This document shows positions 1-10,522 of a stretch of 64,000 nucleotides of DNA, in pieces. Source of the stretch: an uncultured Clostridia bacterium. GTDB lineage: Bacteria > Bacillota > Clostridia > TANB77 > CAG-508. The DNA lies in contig CAUWAM010000004.1 in assembly GCA_963556825.1 (NCBI GenBank), positions 26,234-90,233 of the forward strand, written 5' to 3'. The position numbers and the translations under genes are program-made. The notes below the pieces were generated by a model that searched no databases, was not told the DNA's origin, and saw only the letters and a program-made list of their open reading frames with translations. How positions within the stretch are numbered: the stretch's first letter is position 1; every line of letters begins with the position of its first letter.

Positions 1-1496
1 CAAAAAAATTTATAGAAGAAGCTGAAAAAGTAATAAAATATAAGAAAAAAATAATAATTGTATATTCAATTATTGCAACAATATTTACAATATATGAATT
101 GTTTTCTCACAAAAATACATATTCAATAATTTTAATGATACTAGTAGAATTAAATGGATTGTTATTTATATTGTGTGTTACTAAAGATTATATAAAAAAT
201 ATAGTTTTAAGTATTATAACATTTGGTTTTTTATTTTCAATAACAACAACAGTTTATCATATTGTTGATGAAAAAAGGCATTTTTTATCAGCATTAAATG
301 TAGCAGATGGAAATTTGGATTTTTACAATAATGGAGTAACAGATAGAGTATTTAATGAAATAGAATTTAATAATCCATCAATAAATTTGGCGATGGATTA
401 TTTTGGAGAAAAGTATGTAGAAGATAAATATAAAATTCCAGATAATGAGGAAATATATTCAACACCAACAGATACATCACCTTTGTTATACATACCTAGT
501 GCAATAGGAATAAATTGTGCAAGATTACTTAATGGAAGTGTGGCCGATATATTTATAGCAGGTCGAGTATCTAATGTAATATGTTATGGAATATTATTAA
601 TAATAATATTTAAACTATTGAAATTTAAACAAGATATATTTTATTGTTCATATTTAATGCCAATAACAATTATACTAGGTGCATCATATTCTATAGATTC
701 ATTGACAATTGGAATAATAGGAATTTTTATTGCATATGTTTTAAAGTTAAGTAAAGAAAATATCGGAGTAATAAAATTTAAACAGTTTATAATTTTATTA
801 TGTTTATGTTTTCTATGTTTATTATGCAAAAATGGAGCATATTTTGGTATTTGCTTATTAATATTTTTATTGCCAATAATAAAAAGTATAAAAAAAGATA
901 AAAAAATTTTATTTACAATTATAATTATTATATTATTAGCATTAGGATTTGGGTTATATGAAGGAATAAAAATAATTAATAGTTCACAAGGAGATATAAG
1001 AGTAGAAGGGTCAAGTCCAATAAAACAGATAGAATTTATATTAGAAAATCCTAAAAATTTATTAACTGTATATGCAAATTATTTACGTTCATCAATATTA
1101 AATTTAAATTGGTATACAGGATTTAATTTAAAAGTATTTTGTGGACAATATTACAGTATTGTATCATTTATGCTATTTATATTCATACTTTACAAAGCTA
1201 TAACTGATAATACATATACATTTAGTAAAAAAGAAAGAATTATAATGTTTTCTACATTTATAATAACATTTTTACTTACAACATTTGCATTTTATTTATT
1301 AGTAACACCAGAAAGAGCATTATCAATAAATGGATACCAAGCAAGATATTTAATAGCAATATTGCCACTAATATTAATAAATATAAATAGTAAAAAAATA
1401 TCAAAAGATTATGTTGATACAAATCAATATAATAAAACAGCATTATATATAGGAATATTTACAATATTTGATTTATTATCAAAAATAGGAATATAA
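1..1496 (+). CDS. DUF2142-like multi-pass membrane protein (putative glycosyltransferase/polysaccharide-related), 5'-partial
   Basis: The frame of ORF 99..1496 stays open back to the window start. It has many TM segments and the motifs 'DEKRHF', 'PLLYIPSAIG', 'GYQARYL'. It lies next to rhamnose genes. Confidence 0.65.
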   Translation, partial: KKFIEEAEKVIKYKKKIIIVYSIIATIFTIYELFSHKNTYSIILMILVELNGLLFILCVTKDYIKNIVLSIITFGFLFSITTTVYHIVDEKRHFLSALNVADGNLDFYNNGVTDRVFNEIEFNNPSINLAMDYFGEKYVEDKYKIPDNEEIYSTPTDTSPLLYIPSAIGINCARLLNGSVADIFIAGRVSNVICYGILLIIIFKLLKFKQDIFYCSYLMPITIILGASYSIDSLTIGIIGIFIAYVLKLSKENIGVIKFKQFIILLCLCFLCLLCKNGAYFGICLLIFLLPIIKSIKKDKKILFTIIIIILLALGFGLYEGIKIINSSQGDIRVEGSSPIKQIEFILENPKNLLTVYANYLRSSILNLNWYTGFNLKVFCGQYYSIVSFMLFIFILYKAITDNTYTFSKKERIIMFSTFIITFLLTTFAFYLLVTPERALSINGYQARYLIAILPLILININSKKISKDYVDTNQYNKTALYIGIFTIFDLLSKIGI

Positions 1497-1582
1497 ACGC
1501 AAAAAAGTACAAGAAACCCTTGTACTTTTTACTATTTAATGATATTATTATACTCGAAATTAAAAGAAAGAAGGAATTATAT

Positions 1583-2449
1583 ATGAAAATACTTATTACA
1601 GGCGCAAATGGAATGCTTGCAAAAGAAGTAAAAGAAAAATTTGCAAAAGGAAATGAGATAATCGCAACAGATGTTTCAGAATTAGATATAACAGATGAAA
1701 ATGCAGTATTTGATTTTGTAAATAAATTAAAACCAGATTATATAATAAACTGTGCAGCATTTACAGCAGTTGACAAAGCAGAAGAATGTTATGAATTAGC
1801 AGATAAAATAAATGGAGATGGACCAACAAACTTAGCAAAAGCTGCAAAATCAGTTAGTAGTAAATTAGTACATATTTCAACAGACTATGTTTTTGGAGGA
1901 AATTTAGATTTATCAAAAGATTATAAAGAAGATGATAAAAAAGAGCCGGTAACAGTATATGGAAGAACAAAATTGCATGGTGAAGAAGGAATAGAAAACA
2001 ATATGGATGAATATTACATATTCAGAACAGCTTGGTTATATGGAGTTGGAGGAAACAACTTTGTAAAAACAATGACAAAACTAGGAACAACTAGAGATGA
2101 AATAAATGTAGTATCAGATCAACATGGAAGTCCAACATATGCAAAAGACTTAACAGAAATAATATATCAAGCAATAGATAAAAAAATACCATATGGAATA
2201 TACAATGCAACAAATGAGGGATATACAACATGGTATGACTTCACTAAAGAAATCTTAAAAGAACAAGGAATCGAATGTAAAGTAAATCCAGTGACAACGG
2301 AAGAATACATAGAAATGATGAAAGTAACACAAGCAAAAAGACCATTTAATTCACAAATGTCTAAAGAAAAATTAGGAAAATGTGGAATAAAAGTTCCAGA
2401 TTGGAAAGATGGATTAAAAAGATATTTAGAGGAGGAAAAACAGCAATGA
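1583..2449 (+). CDS. rfbD: dTDP-4-dehydrorhamnose reductase
   Basis: [12 protein letters not shown] Rossmann start, [26 protein letters not shown]; AAGGA RBS before ATG 1583. Confidence 0.95.
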   Translation: MKILITGANGMLAKEVKEKFAKGNEIIATDVSELDITDENAVFDFVNKLKPDYIINCAAFTAVDKAEECYELADKINGDGPTNLAKAAKSVSSKLVHISTDYVFGGNLDLSKDYKEDDKKEPVTVYGRTKLHGEEGIENNMDEYYIFRTAWLYGVGGNNFVKTMTKLGTTRDEINVVSDQHGSPTYAKDLTEIIYQAIDKKIPYGIYNATNEGYTTWYDFTKEILKEQGIECKVNPVTTEEYIEMMKVTQAKRPFNSQMSKEKLGKCGIKVPDWKDGLKRYLEEEKQQ

Positions 2450-3318
2450 AAAACAGAAAAGGAATAATTTTAGCAGGAGGAAGTGGAACAAGACTATATC
2501 CATTAACACTTGCAATATCAAAGCAAATAATGCCAGTATATGACAAACCAATGATATATTATCCATTATCAGTTTTAATGGAAGCTGGAATAAGAGAAGT
2601 TTTAATAATATCAACACCAAGAGATGCAGAAACATTTAAAGCCCTTTTAGGTGACGGTTCACAATGGGGAATGATATTTGAATATAAAATACAAGAAAAA
2701 CCAAATGGATTAGCTGAAGCATTTATAATAGGGGAAGACTTCATAGGAGAAGACAATGTTGCAATGATATTAGGAGACAATATGTTTTATGGTTCACATC
2801 TACCAGAAATGCTAAGAAGAGCTAATGAAAGAGAAAATGAATCAACAATATTTGGATATCAAGTAAAAGATCCAAGAGCATATGGAGTAGTCGAAATAGA
2901 TGAAACAGGCAAAGCAGTATCAATAGAAGAAAAACCACAAGAACCAAAATCAAATTATGCAGTACCAGGATTATATTTCTACACAAATGATGTAATAGAA
3001 ATAGCCAAAAATGTAAAACCATCAGCAAGAGGAGAATTAGAAATAACAACAGTAAACGAAGAATACATGAAAATGAATAAACTATATGTTGAAACATTTG
3101 GAAGAGGAATGACATGGTTTGATACAGGTACACATGATGCTTTATTAGAAACAGCAAGTTTTGTACAAACAATAGAAAAAAGACAAGGAATGCAAGTTTG
3201 TTGTCCAGAAGAAATAGCATATCAAAAAGGCTGGATAACAGCAGAGCAACTATCAAAATTAGCAGACAAATATATGAAAACAGATTATGGGAAATACTTA
3301 AAAGAATTGATAAAATGA
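2446..3318 (+). CDS. rfbA: glucose-1-phosphate thymidylyltransferase
   Basis: [47 protein letters not shown]; ATGA overlap with rfbD. Confidence 0.96.
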   Translation: MKNRKGIILAGGSGTRLYPLTLAISKQIMPVYDKPMIYYPLSVLMEAGIREVLIISTPRDAETFKALLGDGSQWGMIFEYKIQEKPNGLAEAFIIGEDFIGEDNVAMILGDNMFYGSHLPEMLRRANERENESTIFGYQVKDPRAYGVVEIDETGKAVSIEEKPQEPKSNYAVPGLYFYTNDVIEIAKNVKPSARGELEITTVNEEYMKMNKLYVETFGRGMTWFDTGTHDALLETASFVQTIEKRQGMQVCCPEEIAYQKGWITAEQLSKLADKYMKTDYGKYLKELIK

Positions 3319-3347
3319 GACATGTGGGACAGTCCAAATTTGTCTCA
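3316..3347 (+). repeat. REP-like element, family A copy 1 (TGAGACA-TGTGGGACAGTCCAAATT-TGTCTCA)
   Basis: 31 of 32 nt identical to 37531..37562; 7-bp terminal inverted repeats; the first 3 nt are the rfbA stop codon. Confidence 0.85.
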
Positions 3348-3394
3348 TGAATTTGTCGAAACTTGTAAAAATATTTATTAAAGGAGTTTTATAA

Positions 3395-3976
3395 ATGGGA
3401 AAATTTAAAAGAATAGACACATCAATAAATGGCGTTTGTATAATAGAACCAACTGTATTTGGAGATAATAGAGGATACTTTATGGAAACATACAGTAAAA
3501 AAGATTTTGAAGAAATTGGCTTAAATTATGACTTTGTTCAAGACAATCAATCAAAATCTAAAAAAGGAGTTTTAAGAGGACTTCATTTTCAAAAAGAAAA
3601 TACACAAGCTAAATTAGTTAGATGTATAAAAGGAGAAGTATTTGATGTTGCTGTTGACTTAAGACCAGAAAGCGAAACATATGGTAAATGGGAAGGTGTT
3701 ATATTAACAGAAGAAAATAAAAAAATGTTTATGATACCAAAAGGATTTGCACATGGATTTTTAGTATTATCAGATGAAGCAGAATTTGCATATAAATGTG
3801 ATGACATATATAACCATGAAGCAGAAGGTGGACTAGCATGGAATGATCCAGATGTAGCAGTAGATTGGCCATTGGGAGATTTAAAATCATCAGATTTATT
3901 AACATCTGAGAAAGATGCAAAATGGCCATCACTTAAAGAATTAAGAAAAACAGATTTATTTAAAAATATAAAATAA
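3395..3976 (+). CDS. rfbC: dTDP-4-dehydrorhamnose 3,5-epimerase
   Basis: FGDNRGYFME, QDNQSKSKKGVLRGLHFQ, DVAVDLR, GFAHGF. Confidence 0.96.
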   Translation: MGKFKRIDTSINGVCIIEPTVFGDNRGYFMETYSKKDFEEIGLNYDFVQDNQSKSKKGVLRGLHFQKENTQAKLVRCIKGEVFDVAVDLRPESETYGKWEGVILTEENKKMFMIPKGFAHGFLVLSDEAEFAYKCDDIYNHEAEGGLAWNDPDVAVDWPLGDLKSSDLLTSEKDAKWPSLKELRKTDLFKNIK

Positions 3977-4014
3977 AAAGAAACAGTTCAATTAAAAGAA
4001 AGGAAGAAAAAAAG

Positions 4015-4983
4015 ATGAGCAAAAATGTATTAGTAACAGGTGCAGCAGGATTTATAGGAGCAAATTTTGCAGAATATTTTGTAAATAAACATCCTGATTA
4101 TAATGTAATAGTGTTAGACAAATTAACATATGCAGGAAATTTAGATAATTTAAAAAAAGTAATGGATAAAATTACTTTTGTACAAGGAGATATTTGTGAT
4201 TTTGATTTTATATTAGATTTATTTAAAAAATATGATATAAATGGTGTAATTCATTTTGCAGCAGAATCACATGTTGATAATAGTATAAAAAATCCTTTTA
4301 TATTTACACATACAAATGTAATAGGAACACATACTTTATTAGAAGCAGCTAAACAAATATGGGGAGAAGGAAGCTCAAATAAATTTGTACACATTTCAAC
4401 AGATGAAGTTTATGGTTCGCTTAAGGAAGATGGATACTTTACAGAAAAATCACCAATTAAACCAAGTAGTCCATATTCAGCATCAAAGGCAAGTTCAGAC
4501 TTAGTAGCTTTAGCATACAAAGAAACATTCAAAATGAATGTAAATGTAACAAACTGTTCAAACAATTATGGACCATATCAACATAATGAAAAATTAATTC
4601 CACATATGATAAAATTAGCTTTAAATGACGAAAAATTACCAGTTTATGGTGAAGGACTAAATATTAGAGATTGGTTATATGTTGAAGACCATTGTGAAGC
4701 TATAGATTTAGTATTCCATAATGGTGTTGCAGGCGAAAGATATAATATTGGTGGGCATAATGAAAGAAGAAATATTGAAATTGTTAAATTAATATTACAA
4801 AGATTAGGAAAATCAGAAGAATTAATAGAACATGTTGCTGATAGAAAAGGACATGATTATAGATATGCTATTGATCCAACTAAGATTAAAAATGAGCTTG
4901 GCTGGTATCCAAAAACTAAATTTGAAGATGGTATTGTTAAAACTATTGATTGGTATTTAGCAAATCCTGAGTGGCTTAAATAA
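4015..4983 (+). CDS. rfbB: dTDP-glucose 4,6-dehydratase
   Basis: VTGAAGFIG, DKLTYAGN, HFAAESHVD, STDEVYG, YSASK, DRKGHDYRY. Confidence 0.96.
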   Translation: MSKNVLVTGAAGFIGANFAEYFVNKHPDYNVIVLDKLTYAGNLDNLKKVMDKITFVQGDICDFDFILDLFKKYDINGVIHFAAESHVDNSIKNPFIFTHTNVIGTHTLLEAAKQIWGEGSSNKFVHISTDEVYGSLKEDGYFTEKSPIKPSSPYSASKASSDLVALAYKETFKMNVNVTNCSNNYGPYQHNEKLIPHMIKLALNDEKLPVYGEGLNIRDWLYVEDHCEAIDLVFHNGVAGERYNIGGHNERRNIEIVKLILQRLGKSEELIEHVADRKGHDYRYAIDPTKIKNELGWYPKTKFEDGIVKTIDWYLANPEWLK

Positions 4984-4995
4984 TTTTTGATTGTA

Positions 4996-5044
4996 AAATA
5001 AAACTCTTTAATGTAAAAAGTAACTCATTAAAGAGTTTTATTTT
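4996..5044. terminator. bidirectional intrinsic terminator between rfbB and the convergent flippase gene
   Basis: AAAATAAAACTCTTTAATG ... CATTAAAGAGTTTTATTTT inverted repeat. Confidence 0.75.
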
Positions 5045-6549
5045 TATATTATATTATCTATTTTTCTTATTTTATTTAGTATAATAAAGTTAACTAAGTA
5101 AATTAAAATAAAAAGTAAAATATTAAAAATTAAATTTAATTTTAAATCAATAAAATTAAAACGAAAAACACACAAAATTAAATAAGATATAATAGAGCAT
5201 ATAATTGGTATAATAATCCAATCAATAAAATTCAAACTCATTTTAGAATATTTTATCATTTGAAAAATACTTACAAAAAAGTTAAGTATTTCACTGATGA
5301 AGATAGAGATTATATAACCCTTTATACCATAAATAGGAAGTAAAAAATATATAAAACATATTGTAACGCTTAAGTCTAAAATATTGCAACACATAACTCC
5401 AAATTGTTTGTTTAGACCTTTTAAAATACTATCAATTATATTGTCCATGTACATAAAGAAAATTAAAGGAGCTAAAATCTTAAAATAAAGACCAGCTTCT
5501 AAATTATTATAAATTGCTAATCCAAGTTCGTTTGAAAAAAATAAAAAAATACTACAAATGCAGAACGAAAAAGCAGAGGTTAATCTAAAAATCTTATTAC
5601 TAATAAAATTAATTGCTTTATAGTTTTTCTGAGCTAAATAGGTAGAAAATTCTGGAATTAAAAGCATACTGTATGAACTCATAAAAACAATTGGAAAATT
5701 AATAACTGGCATAACCATACCATTTATAATTCCATATTTAGAAAGAGAAGCAGAACATGATAGGCCAGATTTTTCAAGTTGAGAAGGAATAATTAATTGT
5801 TTTAAAGTAGAAAGCCCAGAACGTATATATGAAGTAAGAGCAACAGGAGTGGCTATTTTTATAATACTAGTTTTTTCTCCAAATGAACGTACATTATCTA
5901 ATTTCTTTTTTCTAATATCAAATTTATACAAAATATAAATCAAAGTAAAAGAACAAATTTCAGATATTACATCAGCTAATATTAAAGAAATACATACAAA
6001 TTCTACTCCTTTAGTTATATTAATTTGTAGTAAAACAATGGTTGCAACAAATTTTATAACAAATTCAAAAATTTGTGAAATAGCATTTTTGTAAGCTTTT
6101 CTAACGGAGTTGAAATAAGCATTAATACATGCAGACATAGCAATAAAAGGTAAACCAATAGCAATATAAAATAGAGGTTTACTAGAAACTCTATTATGCA
6201 AGCAAATAGAGGTAATAAAATCAGAAAAAAGAATAATCAAAATGCCGGAAAGAACACCAAGAAGTAAACTGAAAAATAAGCAAGTTCTAACAGCTTTTAT
6301 TCCATTTTTTTTATTTTCTAATGCGAATTTTTCAGATACTATACAAGTAACAGCAATATTTAGACCTGAAGTTGCAACTGTAATAAAAAATAAATATACA
6401 GCCATGACTAAACTAAAAATTCCAACTGCTTCAGATCCTATTTTATTAGAAATATATATATTAAAAATTAATGTTACAAATCTCATAAATAATGCTGTTA
6501 ATGTTAAAATTGTACCATTAATTAGGAATAGTTTGCTTTTTTTTCTCAA
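5044..6549 (-). CDS. SpoVB/MurJ-family (MOP) polysaccharide/lipid II flippase
   Basis: About 14 TM segments; 'YISNKIGSEAVGIFSL', 'YGIINGMVMP', 'LIPEFS' resemble stage V sporulation protein B; TTG start with GAGGTG RBS. Confidence 0.8.
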   Translation of the reverse strand: MRKKSKLFLINGTILTLTALFMRFVTLIFNIYISNKIGSEAVGIFSLVMAVYLFFITVATSGLNIAVTCIVSEKFALENKKNGIKAVRTCLFFSLLLGVLSGILIILFSDFITSICLHNRVSSKPLFYIAIGLPFIAMSACINAYFNSVRKAYKNAISQIFEFVIKFVATIVLLQINITKGVEFVCISLILADVISEICSFTLIYILYKFDIRKKKLDNVRSFGEKTSIIKIATPVALTSYIRSGLSTLKQLIIPSQLEKSGLSCSASLSKYGIINGMVMPVINFPIVFMSSYSMLLIPEFSTYLAQKNYKAINFISNKIFRLTSAFSFCICSIFLFFSNELGLAIYNNLEAGLYFKILAPLIFFMYMDNIIDSILKGLNKQFGVMCCNILDLSVTICFIYFLLPIYGIKGYIISIFISEILNFFVSIFQMIKYSKMSLNFIDWIIIPIICSIISYLILCVFRFNFIDLKLNLIFNILLFILIYLVNFIILNKIRKIDNII

Positions 6550-6602
6550 AATAATTCACCTCTTTAAAGGTATTCTGAGAAAAAAATTTTATGATGAAAT
6601 TA

Positions 6603-7835
6603 TTAGATTTTAACAATTCCATTAGTAAAATCTAAATTATTTAAAGAATCATATTCAAAGCCAATAGTAAAAACATTGGTAGCAAAAATATCAATATCAA
6701 GCATGCGATTTAAGCTTTTATTAGAATTACTGTCCAAAAATTTTTTAACAGATGTCACAATTTTGATTTTAGGATTGCGTCTAGCAATTTCAGAAATTAA
6801 ATTTTTACCATTATTATTAAATCCAAGAACACGAATATATGGCAAAGCTTTTTTAGAAATTTCCATGTCTTTTTTTGTAATTCCAAGTAAAGCATATAAA
6901 AGAATACGTTGAAGTCTAGTTGATGTATATCTTTTAGATTTTATAATATTTAAAAATTCAACAATGCTATTACAAGAATTAGCAGCATTTTTAATAGCAA
7001 ATTCTAATCCTTCTGAAACATCAGGTAAATTACGTATTTCTTCAATACTCATTTTTCTTAAAATATAAATAATTTCTTTTTCAAAAATAGACAAACCAAT
7101 AATCATATGTCCATTACGTATTTCTTCCATTAATATTTCGAAAGAAGAAGCAGGTAATAAATTATTTATAATATCAAAACTTTTATTATTTACTAAATTT
7201 CTAATAGCAGTTGCACTAGCTATGTTATTAGAAAAACTTGTGCTATTATAATCAGATTCTAGTCTAGATATAGTAATTGGTTGTATAGGACTATTGTACT
7301 TTTTTAAAGCTTTTAAATATTCAATTCCCAAAATGTTATTAGGAGAAGACAAAATATTAACTGAATTTCTAATATCATTAATATACATTAGCAAAGCATT
7401 TTCTCTAGCTTTAGGAAAAGATAATCCTTTTTTTAATTCATGTGAAAGAAGATTTTGATATTCTTTTGGTTCATTATATAAAACATCAGCAAATTTATTT
7501 AAAATATCTATATTTGAAGTTTCAGAGCCAAAAGAAAGATAATTTACTATATTTAAAGAGTTTAAGATTTTGATAGCACCACAAGCAAAATTTTCTGCAC
7601 TTGATATAGCATATAAAACAGGTAGTTCTATTACTAAATCAACACCATTAAGAAGAGCCATTTTCGTTTTAGACCACTTATCAATTAAAGAAGTTGAACC
7701 ACGTTGTGTAAAATTTCCACTAATAATAGCAATTGTGTAATCAGCTCCAGTTAATTTTTTGGATTGCTCTAAATGGTATAAATGACCGTTATGAAAAGGA
7801 TTATATTCAGCAATAATTCCTAAAACTTTACTCAT
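6603..7835 (-). CDS. tmcAL: tRNA(Met) cytidine acetate ligase (HIGH nucleotidyltransferase, YlbM)
   Basis: GIIAEYNPFHNGHLYH, SGNFTQRG, PNNILGIEY, SATAIR, KSKRYT, YIRVLGF. Confidence 0.92.
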   Translation of the reverse strand: MSKVLGIIAEYNPFHNGHLYHLEQSKKLTGADYTIAIISGNFTQRGSTSLIDKWSKTKMALLNGVDLVIELPVLYAISSAENFACGAIKILNSLNIVNYLSFGSETSNIDILNKFADVLYNEPKEYQNLLSHELKKGLSFPKARENALLMYINDIRNSVNILSSPNNILGIEYLKALKKYNSPIQPITISRLESDYNSTSFSNNIASATAIRNLVNNKSFDIINNLLPASSFEILMEEIRNGHMIIGLSIFEKEIIYILRKMSIEEIRNLPDVSEGLEFAIKNAANSCNSIVEFLNIIKSKRYTSTRLQRILLYALLGITKKDMEISKKALPYIRVLGFNNNGKNLISEIARRNPKIKIVTSVKKFLDSNSNKSLNRMLDIDIFATNVFTIGFEYDSLNNLDFTNGIVKI

Positions 7836-7927
7836 AAAAATTACCATCCTTTCTAAAAACTCTTGTTTATTTTTTATTACATTGATATAATATCATAAAT
7901 AGAAAAAAAATACAAGGAAGTGAAATT

Positions 7928-8368
7928 ATGGAAAAAGTTATAATATACACAGATGGAGCTTGTTCAGGAAATCCAGGACCAGGAGGATGGGGAGCAATTC
8001 TAATGTATAAAGATACTAAAAAAGAAATTTCAGGAGGGAAAAAAGATACAACTAACAATGTAATGGAACTAACAGCAGCACTAGAAGCTTTAAAGCTTTT
8101 AAAATTTTCTTGCGAAGTTGAATTATATAGTGATAGTGCATATCTAGTAAATGGATTTAATCAAGGTTGGATTTATGGTTGGCAAAAAAATAATTGGAAG
8201 AATTCAAGCAAAGAACCAGTTAAAAATAAAGAAATATGGGAAGAAATATACAAAATGACAAAAAAACACAAAGTGCAATTTATAAAAGTAAAAGGACATA
8301 GTGACAACGAGTATAATAATAGATGTGATGAAATGGCAAGAAATGCAATAAAAACTATAAAAAATTGA
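7928..8368 (+). CDS. rnhA: ribonuclease HI
   Basis: [39 protein letters not shown]. Confidence 0.96.
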   Translation: MEKVIIYTDGACSGNPGPGGWGAILMYKDTKKEISGGKKDTTNNVMELTAALEALKLLKFSCEVELYSDSAYLVNGFNQGWIYGWQKNNWKNSSKEPVKNKEIWEEIYKMTKKHKVQFIKVKGHSDNEYNNRCDEMARNAIKTIKN

Positions 8369-8437
8369 CAAAAAATAAAAAAAGTGATAACATTCTGTGT
8401 TGTCTTTTTTTTGTCGAAAAAATAAAAAGGGGGAAAA

Positions 8438-10444
8438 ATGAAAAGCGAAGAAAACATATTGGGAAAAGAAAAAATAGGAAAACTAATTAGAAAATTTTCA
8501 GTACCATGTATAATATCATTATTAGTAAACTCACTATATAACATAGTAGATCAAATATTTATTGGTTGGGGAGTTGGATATTTAGGAAATGGAGCAACAA
8601 ACGTAGTATTCCCATTAACAATGGTATGCTTAGCATTTGCATTAATGTTTGGAGATGGTGCATCAGCATATTTAAGTTTAAAATTAGGAGAAAAGAAAAA
8701 ACAGGAAGCTGGTAAAGGGGTAGGAAATGGAATTGCAATGTCTGTAATTGTAGCTTTAATAATATGTTTGATTACATTAATATTTCTACCACAATTACTA
8801 AATGTGTTTGGATGTACAGATAACTTAAGAGACTACGCACTAAAATATGGATACATAATAGCAATAGGATTACCATTTATGATGATAGGAACAACATTAA
8901 ACTCTATTATAAGAGCTGATGGAAATCCAAAATATTCAATGATATCAATGGTTTCTGGTGCTATATTAAATACAATATTAGACCCAATTTTCATATTTGT
9001 ATTTAAAATGGGTGTAGAGGGAGCAGCAATAGCAACTGTATTAAGTCAATTTTTAACATTTTTAATGAATATTTTATATATTAAAAAATTCAAATCTATA
9101 AAACTAAATAAAGAATGTTTTAAAATAAAATTAAATATGGCAAACAAAATATCAATGCTTGGAATAAGCAGTTTTATAACACAAATGAGCATTGTTGTAG
9201 TTATAGCTTTTGAAAATAATCTATTAGGAAAATATGGAGAACAATCAAAATTTGGCTCAGAAATACCAATTACAGTACTAGGAATAGTAATGAAGATTAG
9301 TCAAATATTAAATAGTATAATTATAGGAATAGCAGCAGGAGCACAACCAATAATTGGTTATAACTATGGTGCAGGAAAATATGATAGAGTAAAGAAAACA
9401 TTAAAAATAGTATTAAGCTTAAGTGTTATTATAAGCACAATAGCATTCATATTATTCCAAACAATACCAGATAAATTAATATCAATATTTGGTAGTGGTG
9501 ATACTAATTATATGGAATTTGCTTGTATAGCATTTAGAAAGTATTTGTTGTTATGTATATGTAATGGAATACAAATTCCATCAGGAATATTCTTTCAAGC
9601 TATTGGAAAAAGTATAAAAAGTGCAGTATTATCATTATCAAGACAAATATTATTTTTAATACCATCAATGGTAACATTTGGATATTTATGGGGAATTGAA
9701 GGAATATTATATTCTGGACCATTTGCAGATGGACTTGCATTCTTAATAGCATCAATATTATTAATACTAGAAGTAAAACATTTGAAAAATAATGAGAATA
9801 AAAAAGCAAAAGTAAACACATATAACGAAGAACAAGAAAATAAAGTAGAACAACATATAGTAATAACAATTGCAAGAGAATATGGTTCAGGAGGAAGATA
9901 TATAGGAAAACTAGTTGCAAAACAATTAGGAATTAAATTATATGATAAAAACTTTATTACTAAAGTAGCAGAAGAAACAGGACTTTCAGAAGAATTTATA
10001 AAAAATAATGAACAAAAAAGAGACATACTTACAGATTTAAATAATGGCTATTATTTTGGATTAAATAATGCTGATGAATTATTTTTAAAAGAAACAGAAA
10101 TAATTAAAAATATAGCAGATAAAGAATCATGTGTAATAATAGGAAGATGTGCTGACTTTATACTAAGTGATAGAAAAAATGTTACCAAAGTATTTATATA
10201 TAGTAATATAGAAGATAAAATAAAAAGGGCAACACAATTCTATGGATTAGACAAAGAGAAAGCTGAAAAAGAAATAACAAGAATAAATAAACTAAGAGCA
10301 AATCATTATAAACATTATACAGAAAAAGAATGGAATAATCCAAACAATTATGACATTTGTATAAATAGTGATGCATTAGGAGTTGAAAAATCAGCAGATT
10401 TAATTTGTGATATAATAAAAAAGAAAACTGACCAATTAGTGTAA
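8438..10444 (+). CDS. MATE efflux transporter fused to a C-terminal cytidylate-kinase-like domain
   Basis: MATE motifs (SLYNIVDQIFIG, NTILDPIFIF, GIAAGAQPIIGYNYGA), then 'ITIAREYGSGGR', 'VIIGRCAD', 'YDICINS'. Confidence 0.9.
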   Translation: MKSEENILGKEKIGKLIRKFSVPCIISLLVNSLYNIVDQIFIGWGVGYLGNGATNVVFPLTMVCLAFALMFGDGASAYLSLKLGEKKKQEAGKGVGNGIAMSVIVALIICLITLIFLPQLLNVFGCTDNLRDYALKYGYIIAIGLPFMMIGTTLNSIIRADGNPKYSMISMVSGAILNTILDPIFIFVFKMGVEGAAIATVLSQFLTFLMNILYIKKFKSIKLNKECFKIKLNMANKISMLGISSFITQMSIVVVIAFENNLLGKYGEQSKFGSEIPITVLGIVMKISQILNSIIIGIAAGAQPIIGYNYGAGKYDRVKKTLKIVLSLSVIISTIAFILFQTIPDKLISIFGSGDTNYMEFACIAFRKYLLLCICNGIQIPSGIFFQAIGKSIKSAVLSLSRQILFLIPSMVTFGYLWGIEGILYSGPFADGLAFLIASILLILEVKHLKNNENKKAKVNTYNEEQENKVEQHIVITIAREYGSGGRYIGKLVAKQLGIKLYDKNFITKVAEETGLSEEFIKNNEQKRDILTDLNNGYYFGLNNADELFLKETEIIKNIADKESCVIIGRCADFILSDRKNVTKVFIYSNIEDKIKRATQFYGLDKEKAEKEITRINKLRANHYKHYTEKEWNNPNNYDICINSDALGVEKSADLICDIIKKKTDQLV

Positions 10445-10470
10445 TGACTTTTTCTAGAAAATAGTATATT

Positions 10471-10505
10471 ATAAATACGGTAACTTAAAAAGTTATCGTA
10501 TTTAT
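10471..10505. promoter_or_regulatory. 15-bp inverted repeat just upstream of the acyl-CoA synthetase (operator or terminator/leader hairpin)
   Basis: ATAAATACGGTAACT-TAAAA-AGTTATCGTATTTAT, directly after a TATATT -10-like box. Confidence 0.45.
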
Positions 10506-10522
10506 ATATATAGGAGAAAATT

